DNA from: Lama glama | Taxonomy: Eukaryota | Length of the DNA: 64,000 nucleotides | Direction: 5' to 3' | Assembly: GCA_028534125.1 (NCBI GenBank) | Contig: CM052817.1 | Coordinates: 14,014,001-14,078,000 of the forward strand | Part shown: one piece after another, positions 12,431 through 25,759 of the stretch | Layout of the letters: each line of letters begins with the position of its first letter | Numbering within the stretch: position 1 is the stretch's first letter | The notes under the pieces: model-generated | Told to the model about the DNA's origin: nothing | The model's database searches: none | Seen by the model: only the letters and a program-made list of their open reading frames with translations | Program-made: the position numbers and the translations under genes

Positions 12431-14489
12431 CTTGGTGGTAGGGCATTCATTTCACAGTCCATCCAGTCTACTTTACAAGCAAATATCTTGAATACTTCTA
12501 ACTCTAATATGTTTGACCTTAGAAAATCACAATCCACACTCAGACTTGTCAAATATTCAGGCTGGAAAATCCAGTGAACTTGCTTATTCTCTACCAAAAT
12601 TATGAAGAAAAATGAAAGCATAAAATTCAGAACCCCAGTCAAGGCAACTAGAGTGGAAGAAAATAAAGCTTCCAAACTCACTAATACTCAACATAATATT
12701 GTTGCAATAGTGTTTATAGTACAACCAGTGCAAGTTCCTATACAGGTAATACATTCAGACCATAAATTTGAAATAGTAAAATATGTATATATTTAAGCAC
12801 AGCCTTTGCATGTGTTCATTATAATGAGAATAACCTTCTCTCAGGTAACCTACTGAAAAGAAGTGCAGATCAATACTCTTAATGCTGAAACCATTTCAGG
12901 AAATATCAAAAGCTATCAGTTGTCAGCTAATTGGGAGACTGTTTTTCTAAGTGAATGGCTATAAAATTCCACCTACTCAAATCACTGTAATCATTTTATT
13001 TGTCCTATTCTCTAGAGAAATTTTAAACAAAGCCTGCAGTGATTGTTTTGTTATTTCAAATCTGCCTAGTAATTTTCCAGTGTATTAAAAGATATTCACT
13101 GTTGACACTGGTAGGGGAAAAAAATTGGGCGTCTGCCTGATGGAACTGCTCATTTTCAGTCAACATAATTACTCTGCATTACACATCTGCTATTTAAACA
13201 ATATCACACTTTCATTTTTTTCTTTTTTGCTAATAATTAACTTGATGGAATCATACATCTCTATTCAACTTGAATAAATATCAGAATCATTTCTATGTTG
13301 TGAAAATCGTGCTAAGCCAAATGAAATGATTGGGTTTGAGCTAATAAGTATCAGTCACATAACTCAATTGCATGACCTCCTGAAACGAAGCAAAACAAAT
13401 CGAAACAAAGAGCCTAATTCCTAGAATACACAGCAATTTATATTGTAAATATTTTTTTAATCAAGGGACATAAAGTGTTTTTACCAGTTTTATACTATGA
13501 AATGTCCAGTCAGTACCAAAGGCTGTCAAAGAATCTTTCTTGCTCATAGTTTTGAGTGTGTGTTTCCCTTTCTTAAACCTCCAGGGCTGTCTGTCACCTT
13601 CTCCATCAAATTTAAATTATTCTCAGTGCTTCAGGGGCTTCCACCAGCCCTTATTTACCATGCCTTTCTCAGTTTCTCCTTCCCCATTGTCCACTCACGA
13701 GAGTCAACCTAATTCACAGGACTTCTCACACTGCAGTATAACTGATTGAAAGAATGACACACTAAGAATCAGAAAGCACAGAACTTGAGCAAATAAATTA
13801 TATAACCTGACCTGAACCTGTTTTTCTCCCCCAACAGAAAAAAAAATCCAGGACTACTGACAGATTTTTTTTTCCCCTTCTCTTTCTTTCTGTTATAATC
13901 ACTCATGCTTCTATGATTACTTTCAAATCTACTGCACAGTCCTCTTCATTCCAAATACTTTGTCAGATATACTGGGGACAGAGAATCGGAGGGAGAATGG
14001 CAAGGTAGGTCTGGAGAACCTGGAAAAATATCTCATATTTATTGAACATCGAAACTACTGACAATTTTACTTCATTACTTCATTTAAGAAGTACCTGCAC
14101 GTAACTTCTAAAAACAAGTAAGATACTCAAGACAGTCCACTTTTCATTGCTTACTGATTTATGTTTTACTTTTGTACTTTGTTTTCAGTTTTTCAACTTG
14201 ACCCCCTCTCCCCACTTTTTTTCCCCCCATTATTACTGAGATCAGGAAATTGCTGTCAGTAATACTGCCTTCAACTCCAGGCCCTGCCAGTGAGAGATTA
14301 TAATTGACAAATTAAGTTAGAGGCTACCATGGACATCCTGTTTTCCAAGGCTTGCAGAGATTCCCAGGAGGGAAAAGAGTGAGGCCTAGTTCTCCCTTCC
14401 TGGCACTTGTGGTTCATAATGTCACCAGTGATACCAAAAGCCCTGACTGATTTTACCCACTAGGTACTAACAAATCAGCTATGCTTCAA

Positions 14490-15075
14490 GTGAAGAGTGA
14501 AAACCCTTAGTCTCCACCCTTTGTTTCACAATAGAGTTGTTCATATTTGTTGTGTCCAATTCCTCTCCTCCCATGCTCTCTTAATGTATTCTAATCTGAA
14601 ACTCTCCACTGCTAAATATAAGAGGTAATTTTCAGTCCTTATCCTACTCAGCATTATTTTATCAGTTGACCCCTTTCTTTCCTTGTAAAAGTTTTCTAAT
14701 CTTTCAGGACACAATTATCTAATTTCTTCCATTCTCACTGATATCTCCTCTTATTCTTCTTTGCTGCTTCTTTGTTATTTTCGCACCTCAGAATGCTGGA
14801 GTGCCTCAGGGTTCAGTTCATATCTCATTCTTTTTCTATCTTTATTTATCCTCTGGATGACCTCCTCCAGGTGCACAGCTTCAAATCCTTTAAACCCATC
14901 AATATGGATTTAGGAGTATAGCTAACAACTCCCAATTTCAGCTCAGTACTCTGGACATCTCAGGATTCATATCAGATTCCTCCTAGATATCTAATAGGCA
15001 CCTACAACTTTACAGGACCACTGCCAAATTCTTGATTTTTCCTCTAAATCAACTTTACATTTGATTTTCCCAATC
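14490..15075 (+). mobile_element. L2 LINE fragment (RT region, decayed)
   Basis: Pyrimidine-rich; 'ttttcagtccttatcctactcagc...ttcaggacac...ggagtgcctcagggttcag...aactcccaattt'. Confidence 0.7.
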
Positions 15076-15084
15076 TGACACCTG

Positions 15085-15255
15085 ATGACTGAATGGATTT
15101 GGATAAGTCACTTCCCATATCTGGTTGTCTGTTCAGCACCTATAAAATGAGTTTAATAATATTTCCCTTGCCTATTCATAGGAGTATCTTAAGGATTAAA
15201 TAAAAGCATGTGAGGATACTTTGAACATTTTAATGGCCTTACATACGTAAGTTAT
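15085..15255 (+). mobile_element. MIR SINE
   Basis: 'ttggataagtcacttccc...cctataaaatgag...ttaaggattaaataaaagcatgtga'. Confidence 0.6.
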
Positions 15256-15824
15256 TTGTCATGAAGATATTTTATTGTGATTCTACCATGTGCCAATCAC
15301 TATTTATGGTAATTCAAAGTCACAAAATAATCTGGAATTTGCAGAAGTGAGAATTCACGGCATTCAACTTTAGATATCCTGCTTACAGATATGAGGACAA
15401 ATGGGTGGGTTTAAACAGCAAAAATGACAGTCACATTAAGAGTGAATGTAAATGGAATGAGAGGCATTTCATACATTGAAAAGAATATTCTTTTTTTTTT
15501 TTTTTTTTGATGATGGAAGTTCAATGTCCTATTCATCGGCAGTGGGATAAATTTCTTAGACCTGTAATAAAAGCTACTGGTTGTTTGTAATCTGAAGCTA
15601 GTTTTCACTTCATGGTTATTGCTGTTCCTGAGTAATGAGTAACAAGATCACTTTCCCATCTGGCATTTTGTGGCTGAGAATAGCAGTAGCATAAGGTAAA
15701 ATGTCAGTGGTAACAAACAGTGGTTTATGTCATTTGTAAAATATGCCCACAGACCCAAACATCAATGGTGGCATAAAATCCCAGAAAATATCCTAATGCA
15801 AGTGAATCCAAGTCTATGGGGATA

Positions 15825-16025
15825 GTAAGAGATTAAAGTCAGAAAAATGGTTTTGAATCCTGGTTCCACTACAGACACATCCCTTACCCTCTTGGTTCCT
15901 GATTTTCCTTATTCGTAAAACAAAAACAGTACTAATCCCAATTTTGCAAGATTTTTCAAAATCAAAAGCATGCGAATGCCCTTTAAGTTGTAGTATACTA
16001 TACAGAAGTTGATGGTTACTGCTGT
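15825..16025 (+). mobile_element. MIR SINE
   Basis: 'agtcagaaaaatggttttgaatcctggttccactac...gattttccttattcgtaaaac'. Confidence 0.6.
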
Positions 16026-16448
16026 TTTTGTTGCAGAGAAGATAACTCAAAAATGATTATTTTTCCCCTACAACGACAAATGAAAGATTCCTTAATGAAG
16101 TCACACACACAGTCACAAGGTTACCGAATATATCAGTGGTTTGGTTAACAGTAATCAAAATGATCTTAAGGTGGTCTCAGTAATTTTCACTAAAAGACAT
16201 GCGAGAAAATGTGAAAATATCTTTGCTGGTGACAGTGTACCAAAGTTTCAAGTCCATTCTCTGGCCCAAAGCCAAGTGAAGATTGAAGGAAAAGGAAACT
16301 GTAAGAGAGTAATCCTTAGGGCACCTGAACATCTAAATATTCAAGATGGTTGAGGACAGTTACTCACTTAAAAGAAAATATAATGATTCCTTACAGAAAC
16401 TAAGCTAACTTAAAAATTATTTTATGACGTTGATAGCTAAACAAAAAG

Positions 16449-16449
<1 letters not shown>

Positions 16450-16479
<30 letters not shown>

Positions 16480-16481
16480 CA
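16450..16481. repeat. (CAAAA)n microsatellite
   Basis: About six tandem caaaa units. Confidence 0.95.
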
Positions 16482-17649
16482 TGATTCTCCTTTTTCTAAC
16501 TTTTCAGAAGCTAGCAGGGAGAATCTGCCTCCTTAACTGCTTGATTTAAACCACTGGAGAATTAGGCACTGAGCCAGTCTGATCATTGCACATGTTGGAA
16601 ATAAGCAAGAGAATTTCAAAATTTAGCATTTTATAAGAAGAAAATAAAAGAGCAGAATTCTATTAATTAATGCCACTGCATTGGAAATCCCATATTTTAA
16701 ATTCTCTAGTATGCAGCTAGGAGTCCTTACATCCGAGATCCAGTCTACATGGAAGGGGAAGGAGGAAGTCAGAATCTGCCGAGAGAGAGAATCCTGGAAA
16801 GCAAAGGGGGGACATTTCTGCACAGGTAATGAGCCTCTCTTACGTGGGCGGCATTGCTCTGCGATTGGGTACTTGGGCTCTGTCATCACACTGTCTAGGC
16901 TCCGATCCTGGACTCCACATTTACCAACTATATGGTATTGGGTGACTTATTTAACCTGAACGGAGATAACAGTAGTAACACCTCCCTCATAGGGTATCAA
17001 GTCAGTCACCATTACTGCGACTACTTCCATGACAACAGGGGCTATGATGACCATTTTCACTGTCATCATTAGTATCATCATTTGTCCTGCACTTGGAATT
17101 GTGTTTCTTTGGAGGGGTCACAGCGTAGGAAGAAAGCCAACGCTTCTACTATCTCTAGGGGAAAAAAGGATCTTTCTGCAAAGCCTTTTAAAAATAGTTA
17201 ATACCATAAGACTGTTCAGTGTGAAGAGAGGCTGTATTCCCTAACAAAGGGAATATACACTTTTGTTTGTATTTTAATTAATACTAATAGGCCTGTTTCA
17301 TCCTTGATATGTGCTTATTCAAAAGAAAAATTATTTTCATAGATGAGACACCTGGAGCTACCTTTACTTCAGGTCACTTTTAATCGTCAATAAGTTATTT
17401 TTCTACTGCCTTGTGGCAGTCATTTTAGACTCAAAGAGAAGGTTCTCTTGTTTAGGAAGCAGTGGCTCGTTTCTTGGCAATGTGTGAGTCAGCTGTCTTG
17501 ATAGAGCATGCAGGCTGGAAGTGAACAAGCAAGCAGGAGAAAAGATTTACAACTTCTAAGATTCCTTCGAATGTTGAGACTTCGTAACTATGGTGGAGAA
17601 TAATGGCTTAAAATTCAGGGTAACAATGATTATGATAGGAAAATAAAAG

Positions 17650-17850
17650 CAATATCATTTATTAAATCCTTCATATGAAAAACAGCAGGTTTGATATCTA
17701 ATGAACACAACCTCATTTAATTCCTCCAGCAAGCCTTAGAAGGTGGGTTTTATTAACCTCATTTTACAGGTGAGGAAACTGAGGCACAATTTGATGATGA
17801 GCAAGTTACATCCAGGCTTCTCAAACTACAAAGAGGTTCACTCTTCCCAT
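17650..17850 (-). mobile_element. MIR SINE
   Basis: 'ctcatttaattcctccagcaagcc...cctcattttacaggtgaggaaactgaggcaca'. Confidence 0.8.
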
Positions 17851-17994
17851 ATTGTGAAACTTCTCAGAGCCCTCATCTGTTTCAGTCCTGCCCTTGGCCC
17901 TGCCCTTTGCTTCAGGTGGCTCATTTAAGCCTCTCAACAATGCTAAGAGGTAAGAAGTGGCATCCATAGGTCATGCGTGAGGGGACTGAGGTCT

Positions 17995-18195
17995 AGGGTA
18001 GGATTTGAGATCCTACAGTCTCCCAGGTGGTGCCAGTGCTGTCGGATCAGGTCTCACTTTTGAGGAGCAGGGAACGAGAGCTCGTTATTAACAGCAGGTT
18101 CGGGGCCCCTGACTCAGAATCTGGGGAGGAACCCCAAGAGACAAGTGTTTAACTTGCTCTCAGGGATTCTGAGGCACACTAAAGCTTGAGAAGGC
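17995..18195. mobile_element. hAT-Charlie MITE fragments (MER5-like, two ends)
   Basis: 'ctcccaggtggtgccagtgctg...cactttgaggagcagg' and 'ctgactcagaatctgggg...gattctgaggcacactaaagcttgagaa'. Confidence 0.6.
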
Positions 18196-18770
18196 CGTGA
18201 ACAAGGCTTCGGTTGGTTCTATTAACATTTTTTGACAGTGCAATTCAATGGAGACACAGCCTGATCGAATTCCTGATTCATCATCATGACTTCAGGGTAA
18301 AATGCTTCTGATTCTAAGACACCCTCATCCCCTTCTGTAACAGAGGTAATGAGTCAATTTTCCAAACAGAGTAAGTAGATAATCCTTCTCAATTTACTAA
18401 CATAATTCCCCAAATATTAAGGAGCATTAGAAAAGGCATCCTTTTTGCAAGCTCAACTAAGCAGCAGTTTTCTAGCACAAATATTAGGAGCAATAAAGAA
18501 TTTTGTTCAAGGTCGACAGTTTTGAGTTAACAGTTTTTATTTTATATTGATGTTCCCTTCTTTTTCTTGTTCCTTCTATATATATGTCTGTGTTTATATA
18601 TATATATATTTTTTTTTTTTTTGCATACAGCACCATTTTTTAAAGATTTGTTTGGTTCAATTCTGGATAGTTTAAACTTAAAATGAAGTTCACAGAAATG
18701 ATTCAGGGGTAGAAATTCAAGGGAGATTTGAACAAAGTACTCTGAGTAGGGTACTGACCAGGGCCGCTCA

Positions 18771-18878
18771 CCGGGTGACCAACCCCCCTACTTCATCCAG
18801 GACTGGTCCAGTTTTAGCACTGAGAGGCCCAAGTTCTGGGGAATTCCCTCAGTTCCAGGGTGACAATTGGTCACCCTA
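18771..18878 (+). mobile_element. MER81-like hAT-Blackjack MITE
   Basis: Terminal inverted repeats gggtgaccaa / ttggtcaccc, internal 'ccagttttagcactgagaggccc...ccctcagttccaggg'; about 110 bp. Confidence 0.8.
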
Positions 18879-20699
18879 CTGGCGACCCTGCATTAGGCTT
18901 TCTATGTAGCAACTAATGTGAATCTGATTCAGTTGTTCCTATTCTTTGTCATTCTACAAATTGGACTAGGCTTGGGCCGGGTGTATCATTTTGTTAATCC
19001 AAGTAATTTAAACAAGGGATTTCTCTTGGTCGAGGGAAACTTTACATTTGTCGCCTTTGTTTTTAAGTCACTCTTAGGATATGTCTGAATCAGTTTCCAA
19101 GAGCAGCAGGTAAGCTCAGTAAGCCTGTCTGCGGGGTTGGCTAGCCTGATCCATCCTCTCCAGCTCCAGGCAGGTTCGCTGCTCTTTGGTCATTCTTGAG
19201 GAGCCCTCACTGTGCCCACATAGCTGGGGCAGTTATCCTGTTTCAAAGTTACGTTTAGTTCATTTTACAGGATGAGTTATAGACTATGATGCTATTCATG
19301 AGTTTTCAGATTCCCAAAGAGCTTAAGTCATGCTGTTTAAGAACTCCAAGGGACACTTCTTCATATGACTCTCCTTGCTTACCCAGGGGTTCCTGGCTGT
19401 CCTAAGCTTTTTCTGCGTCTTCTCTTCTGATGGAACATTTCAAATGAGTAAAATTCTGAATCTGGTGATCTTTTTTGTGGCCTTTGCACATTTCCTCTTC
19501 AGCTGTGTGAAAAAAAATCATCATATCTATTGTATCTAACTTTTCCATTCTCACTCTCCTTCCATGCTACTAAGGCTGCTTTATAAAAGAAATCTTTCAT
19601 TTAGTGGAGTCGAGGTTTCTTCCTTTGCTTCCATCTTCATTTCCCACTGAATGAATCAGGTCTCAGCTTATGATCATTTGCTACCTGCCGCTGCTTCTCC
19701 TGGACCGCCCCTAGCCGCCTGACAGAGCTCTGGGCTGTCTTCCATGATCTCTTTTAATTCCTTGTTGGCGACTTGCTGGCCTTTTCTCTTTACCTTCCTG
19801 CCAGGTTTAATGCCTTTCAGCATGCCAGCTATGTTTTTCAGAATTTTTCCAAAATGAGATAAAAAATAAAATCTCCAGCTCCCAATTAGCAGTGAGCATT
19901 TTTTTCAGATAATACTTCAGCATCATTTACTATCACAATTCTCCATCTTCTGAGCTTCTCCCTCCATAAAAAGAACCCCATAAAATAACCAGAAATGGCT
20001 TCATGTTAATAAGAAAGTTCTCCTGGTATTAAGGAGTTACAGGGCTAGAAATAAGTAGAATGTAAGCAATGCAAGACTAGTTCATTCATGCAAACAACAA
20101 TCACGCAACCTGGCCAGCATCCCTTTTTCCTGCAGACCTGCCCCTTGTAGGGAGTAAAAGCAGATGGAAGACACTGGGGTATGCAGAGTTGGCATATGGC
20201 AGTCCCAGAACTAGATTAATCAAAAGCAAATGCCAAAACCATCTTATACAGAGGACTACTGGGGAGTTACTCTTTCATTGCTCTATGGGAAAAAAGATAC
20301 CTTCTCAACTATGACATTCTCTGAACCACATGCACACACATACAAAGATAAAAGAATCTCTACTCGTCCTCAATTCTTGCCTGACTGTTTCAGTAGCTTA
20401 TTACCTAAATTCTTACCTGCCATCTTATTCCATATGAATCTATCCTGCTTGCTGATGCATGGTGACCCTCTTACTATGTAAATTTGATAAATTTAAATTC
20501 ATGCCCTGCTAAAAACTGTTCATGTATGATCTAGAACAGTGAGTATTTCACAAAGAATTTCAGCTGATTGGCAAGAAGCATCACAAGAAAAAGGGTAGTG
20601 TCCTCAAAGTACCCAGCCATGCTGACAGGTCTTACGTTAAGTTCATGGTCACTAAACTGAGAGCCCTCAATGCTGCCTGGCCATCAGACTACATTGCTG

Positions 20700-22550
20700 T
20701 AGACCATTACTTCCCCCTCTCCCAGACAACTGGTTCCTGGTGTCTCTTACCTTTCTTGTACCTGCCCCATCCTCATTCTCAGCTTAAAACCCACTGAGGA
20801 AAATAGAAGCAATCAGAAAAGAAATTCCTCTAGCTTCCACTAGTATAGCTACTCACCTACCTTAATCTATGTTCATAAACCTCCTTCCTTTCCGAAACTT
20901 CTCCTAGGTAAGACCAATCACTCTACTTATATGCAAGACTCTGTTTCCTCTCACCTGCTCAAAGACATTATTCCTCTTCCCCCTGCATTGCCACTTCTTT
21001 CATCAACATATGAATATGTTGTTTTTTATAACCACCACCACCACCATCATCATTATCATCATTAAAATGCCCCTTATTCTCATTTCCCATCCAGCAACTG
21101 CCCCAAATTCCTCAAGAGAGTTTCTGTGATGTCTCTTCAAATCCTTTACTCCAAATCCCTCTTGAACATACTTCAGTCAGGCTCTCACCTCTGAACTCAC
21201 CAAAATTTCTCTTGTCAAAGTCATCAGTGATGTCCACTGTGCTAAAACCCAAGGCCGCTTCTCAGTCTTAGGCTCACCTGACCATCAGCAGTATTTGACA
21301 GGGTTGAACACTCCTTTGTCCGAGAAGCATGTTCTTTATTTGGTTTCTAAGGCATCAAATTATATTAGTTTTCCTATTTCCTCCCTAGCTGCTCTTCCTT
21401 TCTGACTTGCTCTTCCTCCTCACCTCTATAAGCTCATAGTGAGGCAGTGTAGACTCTGTACTTCTCTGTTCTGTCTATACTCACATCCTTGCTGGTCTTA
21501 TCCAGTTTCATGGCTTTAAATACCATGTAAAATGCTGACAACTCCCAAGAGTATATGTCTACCTGAGACCTCTCCCTTGCCCTCCTGACTCATATGTCTA
21601 ACCGTCTACTTGGTCTCTCTGCTTGACTGTCTACTAGATGTCTCAAACTTACCAAGTTCAAAATTGAGCTCCTGATATTCCCAATCCCAAATCTCCTCCT
21701 CGATCAGTCTTTCCCCACTTTAGTACAGGTGAATTTGTCTAACTGCTGGAGTCAAACAAATACTTAGGCAGCATTATTTTCTTGTCTTCCCTCACACTTC
21801 ATATCCAATTTACGAACTAACTTTGTCAGAACCACCTTAGAGGTATAGTCATAATCTAACCACTTTCACTGCCCCTTTACTTACACTTTAAACCTTGTCC
21901 ATCTCAAGCTTGAATGACTGCAGTAACTTACCAGCTGGTCTCCCTGCTTAAAACTTTGTTCCTTTAATCCCTTCTCTACAGAGGAGCCTAAGTGGTCCTG
22001 AATGATACCACGTCTCGGATCCAACCCTCCAATGGCTTCCAGTCCTACTTAGAGTAGCCAGTTTCCTAGAAAGACCTATAAGGCCTTGCATGACCTGGCC
22101 CCTTCTCACCCCTCTGACTCTCTTTCTCACCTCTCCCCTCCCACTCATCCATCCTGTTCTCTTACTCAAAGTTACAGGCATCCTTCTTCATTAGGGCATT
22201 TGCACATAATGCTCTCTCAGCTTAATCATTTTCCCTCCCAACCCACATCTGCATGGTTTGCTTTTTCAACTTTGGTTCTTATTCAGATGTCATCTTTCCA
22301 GGAAGAACATATTTAACCACAACATCTCTTGTCCCCTTCACTTGTCACCCCAGCACTTATCAGTACCAAATCCACTCTAATATTCTTTAGTTACTTAGTT
22401 TATTGCCAGTCTCCTCCACTGGAACATGAGATAAATGAATGCAGGGACTTAAGTCTGTATCCTCAGTGCCTGGAATGCTGCTGGGCCAATAGTAGGTACT
22501 CAACAAACATATGATTAGTGAAAGATGAAATGAGTACATTCACGAATAAA
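20700..22550 (+). mobile_element. Long L2 LINE fragment including RT remnant and 3' end
   Basis: 'cagtcaggctctcac...ctcttgtcaaagtcatcagtgatg...gaccatcagcagtatttgacagggttgaacactcc' is a decayed QSGF..TETAL..DLSAAFDTVDH region. It ends 'cagtgcctggaa...tagtaggtactcaacaaacat'. Confidence 0.85.
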
Positions 22551-22704
22551 TGAAGACAAGAAAAATTTGTGAATGCCAATTTAAGGAAATTTAAACCAAT
22601 TTATTTACTGCAATATTTCTAAAGGCTTTTTAAATTTGATAATGCAATTTATGCATCTCCTGAGGGAGGCTCTCGAGGTATCTTTTGAGATGTGTTCTTT
22701 AGAC

Positions 22705-22930
22705 CTGTGCCACTCAAAGTGTTGTTTGTGGACCAGTGCTGGTTCACAAATTATTTATTACTTATCTGCAATGAGAAAAATACATTTCTGCCAAGAGCAT
22801 TATCAGTGGGCTTTTCTCATTTTTCTAGTAATTCATCATTATTATGTTTTTTAGAAGTATCAGTTCATGACAGATTAAAAATAATAATAAAAAATCTGGC
22901 CCTTACTGTAGATAATTTGGGAAGCAGTTC
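22705..22930. mobile_element. hAT-Charlie-type DNA transposon remnant
   Basis: Ends 'gtgccactcaaagtgt..gtggaccagtgctgg' and 'gataatttgggaagcagt' resemble Charlie-family termini. Confidence 0.45.
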
Positions 22931-23959
22931 CTTAAAGCACATGCTGGGAAACATAAGTACAAAAGTATAAAGAAGTACTTTGAGATCCAGCTGCCACTTT
23001 TGTTTCTAGGCTACACTTTTTTTTTTTTTCGGCCATTTCTTCGGTTGAACCTTATATGCCTATTCAGTCAACATTTATCTAGGCTTTTCATCCGCCTACC
23101 TGGTGCACTTTTCTTTGTCCTTCCAAGTGCAGCTCCCAAGGCTGGTTCTATGACAAATCCTCAGATTCCTCTATACAGATGTGGGTGGCCTCTCTGTGCT
23201 TCCACAGCTCTCTGGTAAACTTATCCCAAAATTGATTCCCCTCTCCTGAATCATTTTCTTTACCATAAATATATATTAACCACCTGCAGTGTTTAAGGAT
23301 CTATGGTCTCACTGGAAGATATAAATAAGTCCAAATTCTTGCCCTTAGGAGCTCTCTCTCTAGCAAACACAACATCACCCAGTAAAGTACTTATTCAGAA
23401 CTGATTGTTTAACATTTCTATTAAGATATGTCACATACCATACAATTCACCTGTATAATTCAATGGTTTTTATTATATTCACAGAGTTGTATAACCATCA
23501 CCACAATCAATTTTAGAGCATTTCATCATCCTCCCAAACCTGTACCAACTCGCAGTCAATTCCTTTCCCTCTGTTTCCCTCATCCCTGAGGAGCCACTAA
23601 TCTAGTCTCTGTCTCTACAGATTTGCCTGTTCTGGACTTTCCTATACAAACTGAATTATACAATATATGGTCTTTTGTGCTGGCTTCTTTCATATAGAAC
23701 AATATTTTCAAGATTCAGCCACACTGTAGCATGTATCAGTACTTTAGTCCTTTTTATAAACAAATAATAGTCTAACACATTGGTATGCCATATTTTATTT
23801 ATTCATTCATCATCAGTTGATGGATATTTAATTTGTTTCCAGCCTTTAGCTATTAGAAATAATATTGCTATGAACATTCATATGTAAGATTCTGAATGGA
23901 AATATATTCTCATTTCTCTTAAGTATAAACCTAGTTGGGGAATTTCTGGGTCATATGAT

Positions 23960-24388
23960 ACAGTAGGTTAAACGGTCTCCCTGACAAAAAGATATACCCA
24001 CATTTAACCCCCAGTATCACTGAATAGGAAATTACTACAGATATAATTAAGTTAAGGATCTTGAGATCATCTTGTATTACCTGAATGGGCCCTAAATCCA
24101 ATGACAAGTGTCTTTATAAAAAACAGGAAAAAAAAGAGGAAAAGGCCATGTGAAGATAAAAGCAGATATTGGAGTCATGCAGCCACAAACCAAGAGATAC
24201 CTGGAGCCACCTAAATTAGGGAGGCAAGGAAGAAGCCTCACCTAGAGACTTAAGAGGGAGTATATCCCGATCACATTTTTATTTTAGACTTCTGGCCTCC
24301 AGAACTGTGAAAGAATACATTTCTGATTTCTTTTGTGCTACCAAGTTTGTAGTCGTTTATTATGACAGCCCTATAAAACTATTATTTA
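23960..24388 (+). mobile_element. MaLR solo LTR (MLT1B/C-like) nested in L1
   Basis: 'cagatataattaagttaaggatcttgagat...gggccctaaatccaatgacaagtgtc...gacttctggcctccagaactgtga...ccaagtttgtagt'. The L1 sequence resumes on both sides (gggtcatatg | gtaaggctatgtttaa). Confidence 0.85.
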
Positions 24389-24569
24389 CGGTAAGGCTAT
24401 GTTTAATGTTTTGAGGAACCACCAGACTGTGTTTCCAAAGCAGTTTGTACTATTTTACATTCCTACTAGCAATGTATGGAGTTCTAGTTTCTCCACATCC
24501 TTGTCAACACTTGTTATTATCTTTTTTGTTCAAAACTATAATAGCGAATGTGAAGTAGTACCTCAATGT

Positions 24570-25340
24570 ATTTTATTTTTAATTGAAACATAGGTGACAT
24601 AATATTATGTTAGTTTGAGTTGTACATTGTGATTTTACATTTGCATATATTATGAAGTAATCACTATGATAAGTGTAGTAACCATCTATCCCCATATAAA
24701 CTTATTACAATATTACTGACTATAATCCTTATGCTGTGTATTATATCCCTATGGCTTACTTTACAACTGGAGGTTGTACCTCTTAAGCTCCTTCACCTAT
24801 TTTGACCCCCCTTCCTCTCTGGCAGCCATTTGTCTGTTCTCTGTATCTAAGAGTCTGTTTTCATTTTGCTTTGATTGTTTGTTTTGTATTTTAGATTCCA
24901 CATGTAAGTGAGATCATACAGTATTTGTATTCCTCTGACTAAGTTCACTTAGCATAATACCCTCTAGATCCATCCACGGTGTCATAAATGGCAAGATTTC
25001 ATTTTCATTTTTTATGACTCAGTAATATTCCATTGTACATAAATACCACATCTTTCTTTATCTATTCATCATCAATGGACACTTAGGTTGCTTCCATATT
25101 TTAGCTGTGGTAAATAATTCTGTAATAAATATTGATGTGTATATATCATTTTGAATTAGTGTTTATGTTTTATTCAGATAAATTTCCAGAAGTAAAACTG
25201 CTGGATTACATGGCAATTCTATTTTTAATTTTTTGAGGAACTCCGTACTAGTTTCCATAGTGGCTGCACCAATTTACAATACCATGAACAGTGCACAAGG
25301 GGTCCCTTTTCTCTACATCCTCACTAACACTTGTTATTTA
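24570..25340 (-). mobile_element. Younger L1 3' end (L1MA9-like) nested in the older L1
   Basis: Begins with a T-rich tail and 'aattgaaacataggtgacataatattatgttag'; contains 'ttttagattccacatgtaagtgagatcatacagtatttgt'. Confidence 0.8.
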
Positions 25341-25759
25341 TTTAGTTTTGATTTGCATTCCCTTGATAGTTAATCATGTTTACCATTTTTTTCATGTGCT
25401 TATTGGCTATTTACGTATCTTTGGAGATGTGTCTATTCAGATTTTTGCTCATTTTAAAATTGGATTTTTTGTTTTTATTATTAATTTATGATTACTTTGT
25501 TATCTAGGTAAATGTTCCTGATTTTATATATGATTTGCAAATATTTTCTCCCATTCTATAGGTTGTATTTTCATTTTCTTGATGTTGTCTTTTGAAGCAA
25601 AAAAGCTTCTAATTTTAATGTAATTTATCTTTATTTTCTTTTGCCACTTGAGCTTCTGGCCTCACATCTAAGAACCTTTCACCTAACCAAGGTCTTGAAG
25701 ATATATACTTCATCTTTATGTGCATTATGAGGAAGGGATCCAATTTTATTCTTTTTCAC

